Part shown: positions 62,980-64,000 of the stretch, piece by piece | Numbering within the stretch: the first letter of the stretch is position 1 | How the letters are laid out: each line of letters starts with the position of its first letter | NCBI RefSeq assembly: GCF_963921235.1 | Contig: NC_086108.1 | Span: 51,834,001-51,898,000, forward strand | DNA length: 64,000 nt | DNA from: Mobula hypostoma | Lineage: Eukaryota | Direction of reading: 5' to 3' | Translations under genes and position numbers: made by a program | The notes under the pieces: generated by a model | Database searches by the model: none | Told to the model about the DNA's origin: nothing | What the model saw: the letters and a program-made list of their open reading frames with translations, nothing else

Positions 62980-64000
62980 GTCAGCATTATCTTTACCTTT
63001 AATATGAGTTATCAAAATATTATACTCCTGTAACATCAAACTTTGTTGCTGAATTGGAGTTTGATTTATTTCCATAACCATTTTCCTTAACCAAGCCCGG
63101 ACCAACAACATAACCAAGGTAAGTCACAGTGGCATGACCAAATTCACTTTTAGCTAAGTTAATAGTTAAGTTAGCTTTTGAAAGCCTTTCAAATAGCTTC
63201 TCCACTGCAGTAATATGTGCTTCCCAAGTATCATTTCCTGTAACTAAATAATCAATATAGGCATCTGTATCTGTTAACCCATGAATCACAGAATTCATCA
63301 TCTGCTGGAAAGTACCTGGTACATTCTTCATCCCAAAGGGAAGAACATTATATTCATATAACCCAGACGGGGTTACAAATGCAGAAATCTCTCTACCGCT
63401 ATCTGTCAATGGAACACACCAATAACCTTTTAACAAATCAATCTTTGTAAGGAACTTTGCTTTTCCCACTTTATCCACACAATGATCCACTCTAGGGATT
63501 GGATATGCATCAGTTTTTGTTACAGCGTTCACCTTCCTGTAATCTGTACAAAACCGAATACTACTGTCTGGCTTAGACTCCATAACACACGGTGAACTCC
63601 AATTTGAATTAGAAGGTCTAATAATATTATTCTCTAAAATATACTTAATTTCTTGTTCAGCAGGTTCACATTTTTCCATGTTCATCCGATATGGATGTTG
63701 CTTTATGGGTTTGGCATCTCTAACATCTACATCATGTGAAGCCACTGTGGTTCTTTTAGAAACCTCTGGAAATAAATCCCTATATTTAAAAATTAACTGC
63801 TTCATCTGCTGCCTCTGCTCTGGCTGTGAATGAGCTAATTTCTCTTCAATATTTTCCAGAATTGTTGAGTTTGGTAGCCTGGCAGAAATAATGTTGGGTT
63901 TAAAATGAGTTTCAGATGAATCATCCATTAAGTTCCTAGTGGGATCAGACTCATTATTATTCACCACAACAGTCATAGTAGCAGACTGTTTCTCATAATA
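62980..64000 (-). pseudogene. Gypsy reverse transcriptase with mostly deleted RNase H
   Basis: PIKQHPYR, SNWSSP, RFCTDYRKVN, KIDLLKGYW and LPFGMKN motifs; YIDY replaces YIDD. The RNase H tail LQEYNILITHIKGKDNAD is in another frame. Confidence 0.92.

Larger units (their letters stand above)
61167..64000 (-). mobile_element. Gypsy (Gmr1-like) LTR retrotransposon, 3' part; 3' LTR at 61167-61946
   Basis: On the minus strand the PPT GGAGGGAGG abuts TGTTACAT. The LTR ends ATGTGGCA and contains AATAAA. The RT ORF lies upstream. Confidence 0.88.

Overview
This is repeat-dominated vertebrate genomic DNA. The repeat spectrum (V-domain SINEs, CR1, Rex1/Babar, RTE, Penelope, Tc1, Gypsy) suggests a cartilaginous fish, probably a ray or skate; this is an inference. 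There is no intact protein-coding gene, and most ORFs in the track are decayed transposon fragments or chance ORFs. Host-like features are a CpG-rich promoter with a probable first exon ending in a perfect AAG|GTAAGT donor (about 48.1-49.1 kb, gene unidentified) and two divergent CTCF-like sites. The most notable observations are: (1) a decayed RBM25 exon fragment fused in frame to a truncated Gypsy gag-protease, consistent with LTR-element capture of host mRNA; (2) an HDV-like ribozyme fold, with an unusual hairpin inserted in L3, at the 5' end of an RTE-derived SINE; (3) several minimal hammerhead ribozyme motifs in Penelope pLTRs, including a roughly 96-nt solo insertion and a 70-bp foldback; (4) a perfect 58-bp inverted duplication inside an old LINE; and (5) a Gmr1-like Gypsy element. 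Family names come from recalled motifs rather than database searches, and boundaries of old repeats are approximate.
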